The notes: a model not told the origin generated them from the letters alone. DNA of 64,000 bases from Pyrinomonadaceae bacterium (GCA_041744395.1 JBGTKY010000018.1:22389-86388), one strand, 5' to 3'; shown: positions 19,620 through 29,695, counted from the first letter of the stretch. Program-made: numbers and translations.

Positions 19620-20267
19620 TTAACGGCCGCTCCTCTTCCAATCAGCAAGGAATGATTCGAGCCCCTTATCCGTCAGCGGGTGATGCACGAGCTGCTTGAT
19701 CACCTTGAACGGGATCGTCGCAACATCCGCTCTCGCAAAAGCGCAATCCACGATGTGCATCGGATGGCGAATCGATGCCGCAAGCACCTGCGTATCAAAA
19801 TCGTAATTGTCGTATATCTGTACAATGTCTGCGATGAGCTGCATTCCATTCGTGGAAATATCGTCGAGACGGCCGATGAATGGCGAGATATATGTTGCAC
19901 CTGCCTTTGCGGCAAGGATCGCCTGAGCAGCCGAAAAACACAGCGTTACATTAACCTTCGTTCCTTCGGACGCAAAGATCCGCGTCGCTTTTAGGCCATC
20001 GATCGTCAGCGGACATTTGACAACAACATTCTTCGCGATCTTGGCGAGTTCCCGGCCTTCTTTGAGCATTCCATCGACGTCAATGGCCGTCACCTCGGCC
20101 GACACATCGCCGTCGACCATCTCGCATATCTTTGCGATATGTTCCTTGAAGTCGACATCGCCTTCTTTTGCAACGAGCGACGGATTCGTCGTTACACCGT
20201 CGATCATGCCGATCTCATTTGCTTCGCGAATCTCTTCTAAATTTGCTGTATCTATAAAAAATTTCAT
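19620..20267 (-). CDS. fsa: fructose-6-phosphate aldolase / transaldolase (TalC-FSA subfamily)
   Basis: [36 protein letters not shown]... from the ATG at 20267. The track ORF extends 10 codons further upstream. Confidence 0.9.
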   Translation of the reverse strand: MKFFIDTANLEEIREANEIGMIDGVTTNPSLVAKEGDVDFKEHIAKICEMVDGDVSAEVTAIDVDGMLKEGRELAKIAKNVVVKCPLTIDGLKATRIFASEGTKVNVTLCFSAAQAILAAKAGATYISPFIGRLDDISTNGMQLIADIVQIYDNYDFDTQVLAASIRHPMHIVDCAFARADVATIPFKVIKQLVHHPLTDKGLESFLADWKRSGR

Positions 20268-20352
20268 ATTGTATTGAACCTGAATCTGCGGTAACAACTA
20301 TTCTAATTCACAATGTTCGCCGAACAAAACGGGCCGATGTAAGTGCCGTCGA

Positions 20353-21117
20353 TCAAGCGTCCGAAGCCATGATCGGATTCGACAATGTCCCGATTCCCTC
20401 TATAGTTACGTTGCAAACGTCACCCTCCTCCATCTTCGATACTCCCGACGGCGTTCCAGTCGCGATCACGTCGCCCGGCATAAGCGTCATTTGCCGCGAA
20501 ATAAAGCGGATGAGAAACGGTATCGAAAAGACCATCTGCGATGTTCTGCCGTCTTGGCGAACTTTACCGTTGACCGAACATGTTACTCGAACATCCGAAA
20601 CGTCTAGGTCGGTTTCGACAACTGGCCCGATAGGGCAAAACGTATCGAACGATTTTCCTCTTGTGAACTGGACATCGGCACGCTGAATATCCCTTGCGGT
20701 CACATCGTTTAGACACGAATAGCCGAGAATGTACTTTAATGGATCTTCATCATTAGTGATGTCCTTTGCACGGTGCCCGACGACGACTGCAAGCTCGCCT
20801 TCGTGTTCAACCTGCCCGGACTGTTCCGGAATGACGATCGCATCGCCGTTTCCGATGATCGCCGACGGAGCTTTTAGGAAAAGCAGCGGCGATTTCGGCA
20901 CTTCGTTCCCGAGTTCGGCGGCGTGCTCAGCATAATTTCGGCCGACGCAGACGATCTTCGATGGCGCTACGGGCGTCAGCATCGTCACTTCGTCGGTGTA
21001 CCAAAGAAAGTCCGTCTTCTGCAATTCACCATCGCATACCCAGACCTCATCACCTTCCAATATCCCGACGCCGACCTGACCGTCTTTAAGGAATCTGCAT
21101 ATCTTCATTTGATTCAA
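20353..21117 (-). CDS. fumarylacetoacetate hydrolase (FAH) family protein
   Basis: 254 aa. FAH-fold blocks KIVCVGRNYAEHAAE, EGELAVVVG, GYSCLNDVTARDIQ, GDVIATGTPSGV. Confidence 0.85.
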   Translation of the reverse strand: MNQMKICRFLKDGQVGVGILEGDEVWVCDGELQKTDFLWYTDEVTMLTPVAPSKIVCVGRNYAEHAAELGNEVPKSPLLFLKAPSAIIGNGDAIVIPEQSGQVEHEGELAVVVGHRAKDITNDEDPLKYILGYSCLNDVTARDIQRADVQFTRGKSFDTFCPIGPVVETDLDVSDVRVTCSVNGKVRQDGRTSQMVFSIPFLIRFISRQMTLMPGDVIATGTPSGVSKMEEGDVCNVTIEGIGTLSNPIMASDA

Positions 21118-21135
21118 TAGGTTTGGCGATAATAG

Positions 21136-22254
21136 TTAAGGTACGGTCTCATTGATGACCTCGCTTGGTGGGCTTACATTCTTAAATCTGTCGGTCGCAG
21201 TGATGTAGTAATAGTAAGTCGTACCTGACGCAACGCGGCTGTCCAAAAAGGTCGTCGTCGTCAAAAGCTCCAGAGTAAGGCTTTCCCAGTTTGCTAATGG
21301 CGTGTCTGGGTCGGTCGAACGGTAAATCGTGTAACCGACCACATCAGTTTCCGGATTTGCCGGGAAGAAGATGGATATCGTCGTCGGTGTTGCCGCCAGT
21401 GTGATCGCCTCGGGCGCGCTTGGAGCGAAAGTATCTTTCGGCGAAACGGTGACGATAGCCGACTCGAAACTCTCAAGCGGCGTGCCGCCCGTGCCGGCCG
21501 AGATCGCGCTGACAAAGTAAAAGTAATCTTTTTCGAATTCGAAGGTCTGATCGGCAAAATTTGTGTCGATTACCGGTTCGGGATTTAGGAGTTTCGCGGC
21601 CTCGGTCTTTGAACCGGATCGGTAAACGTTGTAGCCGAGGATGTTGGCCGGCGTCGAACCGTCGATGTTGGCTGTCGGAGCCTGCCAGGTTAGGTGAATA
21701 GCATCCTGCCGGACCGAAGCTGCGAGCTCGCTCGGCACACTCGCGACTCGTGCGGTCGGCTCGTACAAAAAGAAATTCGAAAAGGCAGCTCTCTGTCCAG
21801 CACTATTCACATACCGGATCGCGTAACGCAGACGGACCGGTTGTCCGGCGAACTGCAGCGTATCGCGATAGGTGAGCGTCTTTAACCCAAAATCGGAATC
21901 TTGGATCGGAATTGAAGCGATAACGATGCTTCGCGACGCAAAGTCCACTTCGGCGATCGATTGCGGTGCCGTGAGCGGTTCGGCCAGCCGATAGACATCG
22001 ATCCTGGCGATATTGAGCAGGCTGCTGTCGGAGGCGTTGCGGGCCGGCATTTGCCAGGACAAGATCACCTCCGATCCGCGTTGAAATCCGGTGATCTCGG
22101 CCCGCTGATCCACCCGTTCGCGCGGCGGCAATGGAGCTCCGCGTTTTCCACATGCGGAAAAGGCGACGCCAATTGCGAAAACAACGAGAGCGGCCGCTAT
22201 CGTCGTCATCGGACGCCCGGTCGGGCCGGAAAGGAATTGTGAAAATAAAGCCAT
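21136..22254 (-). CDS. lipoprotein with fibronectin-type-III-like repeats
   Basis: Signal peptide plus lipobox (GVAFSAC). The remainder is beta-rich with repeated ..L.W..P..N.DGS...GY.VYRS.. units. Confidence 0.55.
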   Translation of the reverse strand: MALFSQFLSGPTGRPMTTIAAALVVFAIGVAFSACGKRGAPLPPRERVDQRAEITGFQRGSEVILSWQMPARNASDSSLLNIARIDVYRLAEPLTAPQSIAEVDFASRSIVIASIPIQDSDFGLKTLTYRDTLQFAGQPVRLRYAIRYVNSAGQRAAFSNFFLYEPTARVASVPSELAASVRQDAIHLTWQAPTANIDGSTPANILGYNVYRSGSKTEAAKLLNPEPVIDTNFADQTFEFEKDYFYFVSAISAGTGGTPLESFESAIVTVSPKDTFAPSAPEAITLAATPTTISIFFPANPETDVVGYTIYRSTDPDTPLANWESLTLELLTTTTFLDSRVASGTTYYYYITATDRFKNVSPPSEVINETVP

Positions 22255-22262
22255 CGTTCAGA

Positions 22263-23666
22263 TCAAAGAACGTATTGCCGAAGGTCCTGGTCCTGAATCA
22301 ATGCACCGAGCTTTTCTTCTATATAAGCGGCGTTGATCACTTGAAGTTTTTCTTCAAGTTCGTCACCCAAAAAGCTGATCTCTTCAAGTAGTTTCTCAAG
22401 TAACGTATGCAGCCGGCGAGCACCAATGTTCTCGGTGCTTCGGTTGATCTCGGCGGTCATTTCGGCAAGCCGGGATATTGCATCCTCGGTAAACTCAAGC
22501 TGAATTCCTTCTGTTCCCAATAGAGCCTGATACTGCTTAATTAGCGAATTCTTCGGCTGTGTGAGTATCCGCTTAAGGTCGTCGATCGTCAGCGATTCGA
22601 GTTCGACCCGGATCGGGAAACGCCCCTGCAATTCCGGAATAAGATCGGACGGTTTAGAAACATGAAACGCACCGGCGGCGATGAACAGGATATGATCGGT
22701 GCTCACCATGCCGAATTTTGTGTTGACGTTTGTCCCTTCAACGATGGGCAAAAGGTCTCGCTGAACTCCTTCACGTGATACATCAGGATTTCCGCCCGAT
22801 TCGCGCCCAGCGACCTTATCCAACTCATCAAGGAATATGATCCCCGAATTCTGCACCTTATCTAGCGCTGTCCGCGAGATATGATCCATATCAATAAGGC
22901 TTTCTTGCTGTTCGCGGAGCACATAAGTTCGTGCGTCAGCGACCCGCATTTTCCGCCGGACCGTTTTGGACGGAAATAGATTGCCAAACATGTCCTTTAG
23001 GTTGACCCCCATATCGTCCATGCCCTGGCCACCGATGAAATCGATGGTCGTATTCGGCCGGTCCTGCGTGTCGAGTTCGATCATCCGCTCGTCCAGATCG
23101 CCGCGCCGAAGTTGATCGCGCAGCTTTTCACGCGTTCGCGTATACGAGCTTTCCGACGGGCCGTCCGGCCGATTCGGGTCGTTGTTAAATCCGATATCGG
23201 TCGGCGGCAAGAGGATATCAAGGATGATCTCCTCTGAATTTTCCTCAGCCCGGCCGCGAACCTCTTCATACGAGGCCTGTTTCGTCATGTCCACGGCAAC
23301 GTCCATCAGCTCGCGGATCATACTTTCGACATCGCGGCCAACGTAGCCGACCTCAGTGAATTTTGACGCTTCGATCTTAATGAACGGCGAATCTGCGACA
23401 CGGGCGAGCCGACGAGCGATCTCGGTCTTGCCGACACCGGTCGAACCGATCATCAGGATGTTCTTCGGCAAGACGTCCTGGGCGATCTCTGTCGGAAGCT
23501 TTTGACGACGAATTCGATTGCGAAGCGCGACGGCGACGGCACGCTTGGCGTCTTTTTGTCCGACGACATAGCGGTCGAGTTCTTCGACGATCTGACGCGG
23601 TGTCAGGTCATCGAGTTTAAGTTTTACCGCGGCCTCGGCTGTTTCGCCGCCCAAATGAATTGCCAT
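22263..23666 (-). CDS. hslU: ATP-dependent protease ATPase subunit HslU
   Basis: LTPRQIVEELDRYVVGQKDAKRAVAVALRNR, Walker A GSTGVGKTEIARRLA, IFLDELDK, C-terminal ENIGARRLHT. Confidence 0.95.
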   Translation of the reverse strand: MAIHLGGETAEAAVKLKLDDLTPRQIVEELDRYVVGQKDAKRAVAVALRNRIRRQKLPTEIAQDVLPKNILMIGSTGVGKTEIARRLARVADSPFIKIEASKFTEVGYVGRDVESMIRELMDVAVDMTKQASYEEVRGRAEENSEEIILDILLPPTDIGFNNDPNRPDGPSESSYTRTREKLRDQLRRGDLDERMIELDTQDRPNTTIDFIGGQGMDDMGVNLKDMFGNLFPSKTVRRKMRVADARTYVLREQQESLIDMDHISRTALDKVQNSGIIFLDELDKVAGRESGGNPDVSREGVQRDLLPIVEGTNVNTKFGMVSTDHILFIAAGAFHVSKPSDLIPELQGRFPIRVELESLTIDDLKRILTQPKNSLIKQYQALLGTEGIQLEFTEDAISRLAEMTAEINRSTENIGARRLHTLLEKLLEEISFLGDELEEKLQVINAAYIEEKLGALIQDQDLRQYVL

Positions 23667-23678
23667 TGATCCGTGTCT

Positions 23679-24230
23679 CTAAAGTTCTTCGATAATGATG
23701 TCTGAATTAGTATAAATGCAGATCTCGCTCGCGATCTTGAGCGATTCGGATGCGACCGAAGACGCACCGAGGTCCGTGTGTTTCATCAACGCCCGGGCAG
23801 CCGCCATCGCGTACATGCTACCCGAACCGACCGACAGCAACCCGTCATCGGACGATATCACGTCGCCTTTGCCGGAGATCAGGAATGCATCTTTTTTGTC
23901 TGCGACAATGAGCAAGGCTTCCAGATGCCTGAGATATTTGTCGGTCCGCCAATCCTTGCTTAGCTCGATGGCCGCTCGTTCAAGCTGCCCCTGAAATTCG
24001 CCAAGTTTGGTCTCAAATCGGCTCAGCAAAGAGAATGCATCCGCGGTCGCTCCGGCAAATCCGGCCAGGATGTCGCCATTCGCCAGCCGACGCACCTTAC
24101 GCGCGCTTCCTTTGATGACGGTGTCGCCCAGCGTGACCTGACCGTCGCCGGCCATCGCAGTTTTGCCGTTCCTCTGGACCAACAAAACGGTCGTTGACCG
24201 AATTTTGGGATTCGACTCGCTTGTACTCAT
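23679..24230 (-). CDS. hslV: ATP-dependent protease subunit HslV
   Basis: TTVLLVQRNGKTAMAGDGQVTLGDTVIKGSARKVRRL with catalytic Thr after propeptide removal. Directly upstream of hslU. Confidence 0.95.
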   Translation of the reverse strand: MSTSESNPKIRSTTVLLVQRNGKTAMAGDGQVTLGDTVIKGSARKVRRLANGDILAGFAGATADAFSLLSRFETKLGEFQGQLERAAIELSKDWRTDKYLRHLEALLIVADKKDAFLISGKGDVISSDDGLLSVGSGSMYAMAAARALMKHTDLGASSVASESLKIASEICIYTNSDIIIEEL

Positions 24231-24307
24231 AAAACAAAATGATATGTTTTTAATTTCAAATGCTCAAATTGACAGCGTTCCGAAATTGTTTGAACATTAA
24301 GTAGTTT

Positions 24308-25030
24308 ATGTCGAAACGACCGCTGATCGGGATCACAACGAGATCGGAACTCGAAACGCGACGTTTTTATCTTGGCCGCGATTATTCTGAGGCTATTGCT
24401 GGGCTCGGCGGTGTGCCCGTGCTTATCCCGTTGATCGATGAGGCGGATTACATCGCAAGGCTCGTCGCCGGTCTGGATGGCATCTTGCTTCCGGGAAGCG
24501 ATACTGACCCGGACCCCGCATATTACGGCGAAGACCCGCACCCGAAGCTGAAGCGAGTCGTTCCCGAAAAAGATCGGACCGACCTTCTTGTTTTGGCCGA
24601 GGCCGAAAAGCTAAATTTGCCGGTGTTCGGCATTTGCTTTGGGCTTCAGATTTTGAACGTTTCACGCGGCGGCAGCCTGATCCAGGACATCGGTTCGCAA
24701 GTAGAGTTAGCCATCAAGCACGACCAGGGTATGCCGCTCGAGCGTGCTTCGCATGCGATAAAAGTTGAGGGAAGCGGTATCATAAGCAAAGCCGCCGAAG
24801 GTATGACCGATCTACGGGTGAATTCGCATCACCATCAGGCGGTTGGCCGCGTAGGCAGCGACCTGACCGCGGTCGCATGGGCGAACGATACCGTGATCGA
24901 GGCAGTAGAGGATTCGCGGCCGGGCCGGTGGGTCGTAGGTGTGCAATGGCATCCCGAGCTCTCGTGGCGGACAGATATGCTCTCGCGGAGTCTCCTTGAG
25001 CAATTTATTTCGGCGTGCCCCGGAAAATAA
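24308..25030 (+). CDS. gamma-glutamyl-gamma-aminobutyrate hydrolase family protein (peptidase C26, class I GATase fold)
   Basis: Nucleophile elbow GICFGLQ. HHQAV and VQWHPE motifs. Confidence 0.85.
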   Translation: MSKRPLIGITTRSELETRRFYLGRDYSEAIAGLGGVPVLIPLIDEADYIARLVAGLDGILLPGSDTDPDPAYYGEDPHPKLKRVVPEKDRTDLLVLAEAEKLNLPVFGICFGLQILNVSRGGSLIQDIGSQVELAIKHDQGMPLERASHAIKVEGSGIISKAAEGMTDLRVNSHHHQAVGRVGSDLTAVAWANDTVIEAVEDSRPGRWVVGVQWHPELSWRTDMLSRSLLEQFISACPGK

Positions 25031-25150
25031 CTTAAAGTAGAACATAAGCGACGCATTAAAAGTAGTGATATCAGAGTGTTGCGAGTAGACTTAAACTGAT
25101 TTCTAGACGTCGGCAACCGACACTTAAAGTGGCTTCGAGGTAGATTTTCG

Positions 25151-25531
25151 ATGAATAATCCGTTTTTGATCGGTTTGGCGGCCTGGTTCTTTCCCGGAGC
25201 CGGGCATTTTATGCAGGGGCGAATGCTCCGCGGCGTGATCTTGTCTGTTTCAATATGGACGATGTTCATAATCGCCGTACTTAGCGGCGGGGCATACTAT
25301 CCGGGATTTAGTTTCGATGAGGGACAGCTTCTTTATTTATTGAATGCCTTCGCGCGAATGGGCAACGGCCTTGGGGCCGGGGTCAGTTTCTTGCTCTCGG
25401 TCGAACCCCAGCCGAACATCGCGGCCCTCGCGACGTTTGAATACGGTGGGAAATTGCTTGAAACTGCCGGTTTGCTGAACTATCTGGCGATAATCGACGC
25501 GATGGACATCTACTACGGGAGGAAGAAATGA
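25151..25531 (+). CDS. small integral membrane protein
   Basis: 126 aa. LAAWFFPGAGHFMQGR N-terminus followed by several hydrophobic helices. Confidence 0.55.
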   Translation: MNNPFLIGLAAWFFPGAGHFMQGRMLRGVILSVSIWTMFIIAVLSGGAYYPGFSFDEGQLLYLLNAFARMGNGLGAGVSFLLSVEPQPNIAALATFEYGGKLLETAGLLNYLAIIDAMDIYYGRKK

Positions 25532-25698
25532 TCCATTTCCTTTATCTGGTCACCTTTGCCCTGTTCATTTCCGTTGTATTTAGCATATTCATCGACGGAA
25601 CGGTGGCGGAGCGCGTCAAGTATGGCATCAAGACCTTCGTCCAGTTTGTCGGCATCAGTCTCGTGCTTGCCTGGATCCTGTATTTCATCCCGTGGTAG
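25528..25698 (+). CDS. unlisted 56-aa two-helix membrane protein
   Basis: Below the 60-aa cutoff of the ORF track. The ATG at 25528 overlaps the preceding stop (ATGA). Translation: MIHFLYLVTFALFISVVFSIFIDGTVAERVKYGIKTFVQFVGISLVLAWILYFIPW, stop TAG at 25696-25698. Confidence 0.45.
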   Translation: MIHFLYLVTFALFISVVFSIFIDGTVAERVKYGIKTFVQFVGISLVLAWILYFIPW

Positions 25699-25741
25699 AC
25701 CGAATTCTTAAGAACCTGTTCGGGCCTCAAAGGAATCGCTA

Positions 25742-26503
25742 ATGCCGATCGTCGAAACCGAAGGCCTGGTCCTCAAAAGCTACAACCTCTCCGAAGCCGA
25801 CCGGATCATCGTCATCCTGACCCGCGACCACGGGCTGATACGCGGCGTGGCCAAAGGCGTTAAGCGGCTAAAGAGCCGATTTGGCAGCTCGCTGGAACCG
25901 TTTTCCGAAGTAAATCTCGAATATTTTCAGCGCGACGATCGCGAACTTGTAACACTGCAGACCGTCGAACTCCGGCGTTCCTCATTCGCTGCCGCGAGCG
26001 ACCCTGAGTTCCTCCGCGTTTTCTCGTATCTCGTTGATCTGCTCACCTCTTTCGTCCCGCCTCAGGATCCGAACGAAAAGATCTTTCGCATGTTTCGAGC
26101 GTGTATCGATGCGGCAACGGAGCGGCCGGAAGAAATGGCGTCGGTTCGGCTCTACTTTGAGCTCTGGATATTGCGGCTGGGTGGCTATCTGCCCGATTGG
26201 ACCCGATGCGTAAGCTGCAAAAGGGAATTGATCGACGCCGAATCAGCGAACCTCGATTCGGATTTCGGCCTGCTTTGCTTAAACTGTTCTAAACGCGGCG
26301 GCGACCGTGCGGTCTCGGCCGCAATGCGCGGGCATTATTTTCAAATACAGAAGCTGCCGCCGCTGCAGTACGTTGCGTTTGCTGAATCTCATCCCGAAAT
26401 GGTCCGTGATCTCTCGACCATGCTCGGCCGCCTTATCGCTCGGTCGCTCGAGAGCGGAGGCGCGATCAATCGATCGCTGCAGACGGGATTCACCGGAAAA
26501 TAG
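25742..26503 (+). CDS. recO: DNA repair protein RecO
   Basis: MPIVETEGLVLKSYNLSEADRIIVILTRDHGLIRGVAKG (OB-fold N-terminus). Cys4 zinc motif CVSC...CLNC. Confidence 0.9.
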   Translation: MPIVETEGLVLKSYNLSEADRIIVILTRDHGLIRGVAKGVKRLKSRFGSSLEPFSEVNLEYFQRDDRELVTLQTVELRRSSFAAASDPEFLRVFSYLVDLLTSFVPPQDPNEKIFRMFRACIDAATERPEEMASVRLYFELWILRLGGYLPDWTRCVSCKRELIDAESANLDSDFGLLCLNCSKRGGDRAVSAAMRGHYFQIQKLPPLQYVAFAESHPEMVRDLSTMLGRLIARSLESGGAINRSLQTGFTGK

Positions 26504-28816
26504 ATGCGAATAAGCTGGATAATTACACGATATATTGCGGGTGCGGTCGTGCCGTACTTCATATTCTCGTGGCTTTTGCTCAGCGTGATCCTCTTCGTTC
26601 AACAGGCAAGCCGCTTTTCTGACATTTTTTTCGGTATCAACATTCCGCCGAGCCTGGTTTGGCAGCTTGGCGCGGCACTCATCCCGAATGTCATCGCGTT
26701 CACATGCCCGATGGCCGTCCTCGTCGGCGTGATCATCGGTCTCTCGAAAATGCAGGGCGACAATGAACTCATAGCGATCCGTGCGGCGGGCGTCGGTAGC
26801 CCGAGCATCATGTTGCCTGTCGTCGTGTTGGGCCTCGCACTTTCTGCATTCGCGTTTTTGGTCAACATCTTTGGCGTGCCGGCGGCTGCCTCGGTGGTCC
26901 GGGCCGTCGCGATCCGTGCGGCGATCTACAAGCTCGAATCGCCTATCGAACCGGGCCTATTTAACACTGAGGTCGCTGGCCTGACCATATACGTTAATAA
27001 GGGCGACCTCGAGACCGGCGAATGGCAGAACATATTCATCCATTCGAAAGACGCGTCAGACAGTTCCGTGCGTCTGATAACGAGTAGAAACGGCAGGATA
27101 GATTCCGACGACGAAGTTTCTGAACTGGTGCTCGAAAACGCACGTTCCATCCAACTTCGCGAGGAGCCGGGAACCGGTCCGATCGTGTCCGAAAAGATCG
27201 GCGAAATTCGGTTCGGTATCAAGACCCGCCGGGGCGAACTGGTCGAACGGCTGAGCGTCACTGAGGTTACGCCCGAAGAACTGGGCCTGGGCGAACTCGC
27301 CCGCTATGCCAAAGGACAAACGGGAAAAGAAAAGACCGAAGCCGAAATTCTTTTTCAACGGCGAATTGTCTTATCCGTTACACCCCTGATCTTCTGCGTC
27401 CTCGGCGCGTCGCTGGTTCTGCGGTTCAACCGCGGGGGCAGGGGATTCGGTGCGTTTTTGGCGGTTGTATCGCTCATCGGCTTCTATTTGCTGGCCTTTC
27501 TGGGCGAACAGCTCGCCCGCACAGGCCGGCTTTCGGTGCTTGTGTCGGCGGCGGTTCCGCTTGGGGCGAGCATTGCGGTCATAGTTTGGTTCAATTGGGG
27601 AAGCCGGTATTTTAGTTTCGGCGGTGTATTCGAAAGGGTTGCCCGCCGGATCCCCGCCTTTGGCCAAAAAGCCGAAAAGGTCGATCGCCGAAATTACCTG
27701 ATGGACCTGACGACCGGCCTTCGGGATTTTGATCTTGCGATCAATTTGGTCAAACATTTCGTCGGGACGGTGATATTCCTCGCCTCTATCTTTCTGATCT
27801 TTACAGCGTTCGAACTCTGGCGTTTCGCCGGCAGCAGGGAAGGCGGCATCGCCATGCTCGGGCTGTATTTGCTTTATCTTTTGCCGTTTATCTATCTCCA
27901 GCTCGCGCCGTCAGCCGCTATGATCGCGCTGCTCGTGACCTACACGATCAAGTCACGTCAAAATGAGATAGTTACCTGGACGGCAGCAGGGCAAAGCGTT
28001 TACCGTCTATTAGTTCCGGCATTTATCTTAATGTTTTGCCTTGGATTATTAAATTGGCAGATCGAGGAGGGTCTGGCCGCCGGAGCGAATATCGTCCAAG
28101 AAACCGTTCGCAAAGATCTGCGAAATACCGGACCAGCCCGTACCCAAAGCGGCGTCCACTGGGTCGCGACCCGCGAATGGCTCGTAAGCTTCGAACGTAA
28201 CAGGGTTGCGTCTGATAATGACAAAGCCGACGGCATCCGCTGTGACCCCGCTTGTGAACTCCGAAACGTCTCTATTTATCAATTCGATAAGGAAAGACAA
28301 GGTTTGCAAACCCTGTACCGCATTCCCGCGGCAAATTGGAGTGTCGGCAACATAACTGCGGCTACCGCCGGCCAGGTCTATCAGATCACGGAAAACAGCG
28401 TCTCGATGAAGGAACTCCCGGCCGGTGAGACGATCGAGAGCCCCGATCTCTTTATCCGTGAACGCAAAAAACCGAACCAGCTTACCATCGCGGAAACCCG
28501 CGAACGTTTGCAAAACACGTCGTCCGACGTCGAACGCCGAATGTTCGCTGTCTCGCTCGAGAAAAAATACGTAACGCTGATCCTGCCCTTTGTCGTCGCA
28601 CTCTTTACGGCACCGTTCGCCATCTCGCTAGGCCGAAAAGGGAAGGTGGCGTCGGTTGGATACGCGGTCGGGCTTTGGTTAGTGTTCATGGGTGTTTCCG
28701 CCGCCTTCGAGCAGTTTGGCCTTAACGGAGCGATCGCGCCATGGCTGGCGGTCTGGGCGCCGATGCTCATCTTCACCGCCGCCGGGCTCTTCCTCCTGTC
28801 ACGCGTCCGGACCTGA
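26504..28816 (+). CDS. fused LptF/LptG-family (YjgP/YjgQ) LPS export permease
   Basis: 770 aa, about twice the usual length. Two tandem permease modules, each with an N-terminal helix bundle (ITRYIAGAVVPYF... and LVKHFVGTVIFLASIFL...), a periplasmic beta-jellyroll-like insert, and C-terminal helices. The ATG directly abuts the recO stop. Confidence 0.8.
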   Translation: MRISWIITRYIAGAVVPYFIFSWLLLSVILFVQQASRFSDIFFGINIPPSLVWQLGAALIPNVIAFTCPMAVLVGVIIGLSKMQGDNELIAIRAAGVGSPSIMLPVVVLGLALSAFAFLVNIFGVPAAASVVRAVAIRAAIYKLESPIEPGLFNTEVAGLTIYVNKGDLETGEWQNIFIHSKDASDSSVRLITSRNGRIDSDDEVSELVLENARSIQLREEPGTGPIVSEKIGEIRFGIKTRRGELVERLSVTEVTPEELGLGELARYAKGQTGKEKTEAEILFQRRIVLSVTPLIFCVLGASLVLRFNRGGRGFGAFLAVVSLIGFYLLAFLGEQLARTGRLSVLVSAAVPLGASIAVIVWFNWGSRYFSFGGVFERVARRIPAFGQKAEKVDRRNYLMDLTTGLRDFDLAINLVKHFVGTVIFLASIFLIFTAFELWRFAGSREGGIAMLGLYLLYLLPFIYLQLAPSAAMIALLVTYTIKSRQNEIVTWTAAGQSVYRLLVPAFILMFCLGLLNWQIEEGLAAGANIVQETVRKDLRNTGPARTQSGVHWVATREWLVSFERNRVASDNDKADGIRCDPACELRNVSIYQFDKERQGLQTLYRIPAANWSVGNITAATAGQVYQITENSVSMKELPAGETIESPDLFIRERKKPNQLTIAETRERLQNTSSDVERRMFAVSLEKKYVTLILPFVVALFTAPFAISLGRKGKVASVGYAVGLWLVFMGVSAAFEQFGLNGAIAPWLAVWAPMLIFTAAGLFLLSRVRT

Positions 28817-28872
28817 TAGATCCTTAGGTTTGCGACATTGCGAATGAGCTTTCAGCGAGATCTTGCTTTCCT

Positions 28873-29145
28873 TTAGGGGCGACGTTCGTCGTCGATCTTC
28901 GGCTCCACAAACTCGATCGTGTCCGCCGGCTTGATGCCGAACTCGGTCAGCAGCCGATAGGCCCGAACGATCCGCCCTCCGCGCCGCCCGTATTTCCTCA
29001 TCGGATACGCATTCGCTTCGCCGGCCTTCGCGGGCTTCAGCGCCAGCCGCCCATTGACCGCATCAAACATTATCACCACAGCCTCAGGCGACCCGATCCG
29101 CTCATGGGACACGCGGCTCATCATTATCGATCCGGCCCTGTTCAT
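28873..29145 (-). CDS. hypothetical protein
   Basis: Track ORF is 28873..29202. The internal ATG at 29145 (MNRAGSIMMSRVSHERIG...) seems more plausible. No family recognised. Confidence 0.4.
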   Translation of the reverse strand: MNRAGSIMMSRVSHERIGSPEAVVIMFDAVNGRLALKPAKAGEANAYPMRKYGRRGGRIVRAYRLLTEFGIKPADTIEFVEPKIDDERRP

Positions 29146-29359
29146 CGTCACATAAACCCCGACCAATGCGCCGCCACATCCCCACGCGGCAAAACCGCCC
29201 ACTGAACATTTACAAAACGTCCGTTCTCATTCATGCAACAAACATATCACAGGTGAAACATCGTTGCAAGGTTATTCATTTGAGTGTTTCTAAGCTTAAA
29301 CACGATCGGTGTCTAAACATGGATTTCATCGATCGTATCTGTGTTATTATGTTGTGGAA

Positions 29360-29695
29360 ATGGCGATCGTAACTGACAGATTTAATGAAGTAATTTCAGT
29401 AAACGAGGCTGGCGTCTGGCGGGTCGCCGGGACCCGTGTATCCGTTGATACTGTCGTCAACTTATTCAACGACGGAGCCTCTCCGGAAGAGATCGCTATT
29501 CGCTTCGACACGCTCGACCTAAAAAAGATTTATTCCTTGATCACATACTATCTCCATAACCGCGAGCGAGTAGATAAATATCTGGCCGACAGTGAAAAAG
29601 AAAAACGTCGGATCCTTCGCGGGCTCGACAAGAACAAGCCCCGGGCCGAATTCCGCCAAACGCTCCTCAACCGGCGAATAAACCAAACCAAATGA
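29360..29695 (+). CDS. DUF433-domain protein (antitoxin-like partner)
   Basis: From the ATG at 29360 (MAIVTDRF...). AGTRVSVDTVVNLFNDGASPEEIAIRFDTLDLKKIYSLITYYL matches the DUF433 pattern. ATGA overlap with the next gene. Confidence 0.75.
   Translation: MAIVTDRFNEVISVNEAGVWRVAGTRVSVDTVVNLFNDGASPEEIAIRFDTLDLKKIYSLITYYLHNRERVDKYLADSEKEKRRILRGLDKNKPRAEFRQTLLNRRINQTK

Noticed and set aside
24227-24541. 104-aa minus-strand ORF overlapping the hslV start and the GATase gene
   Set aside because: It overlaps two well-supported genes on both sides and has no motifs.
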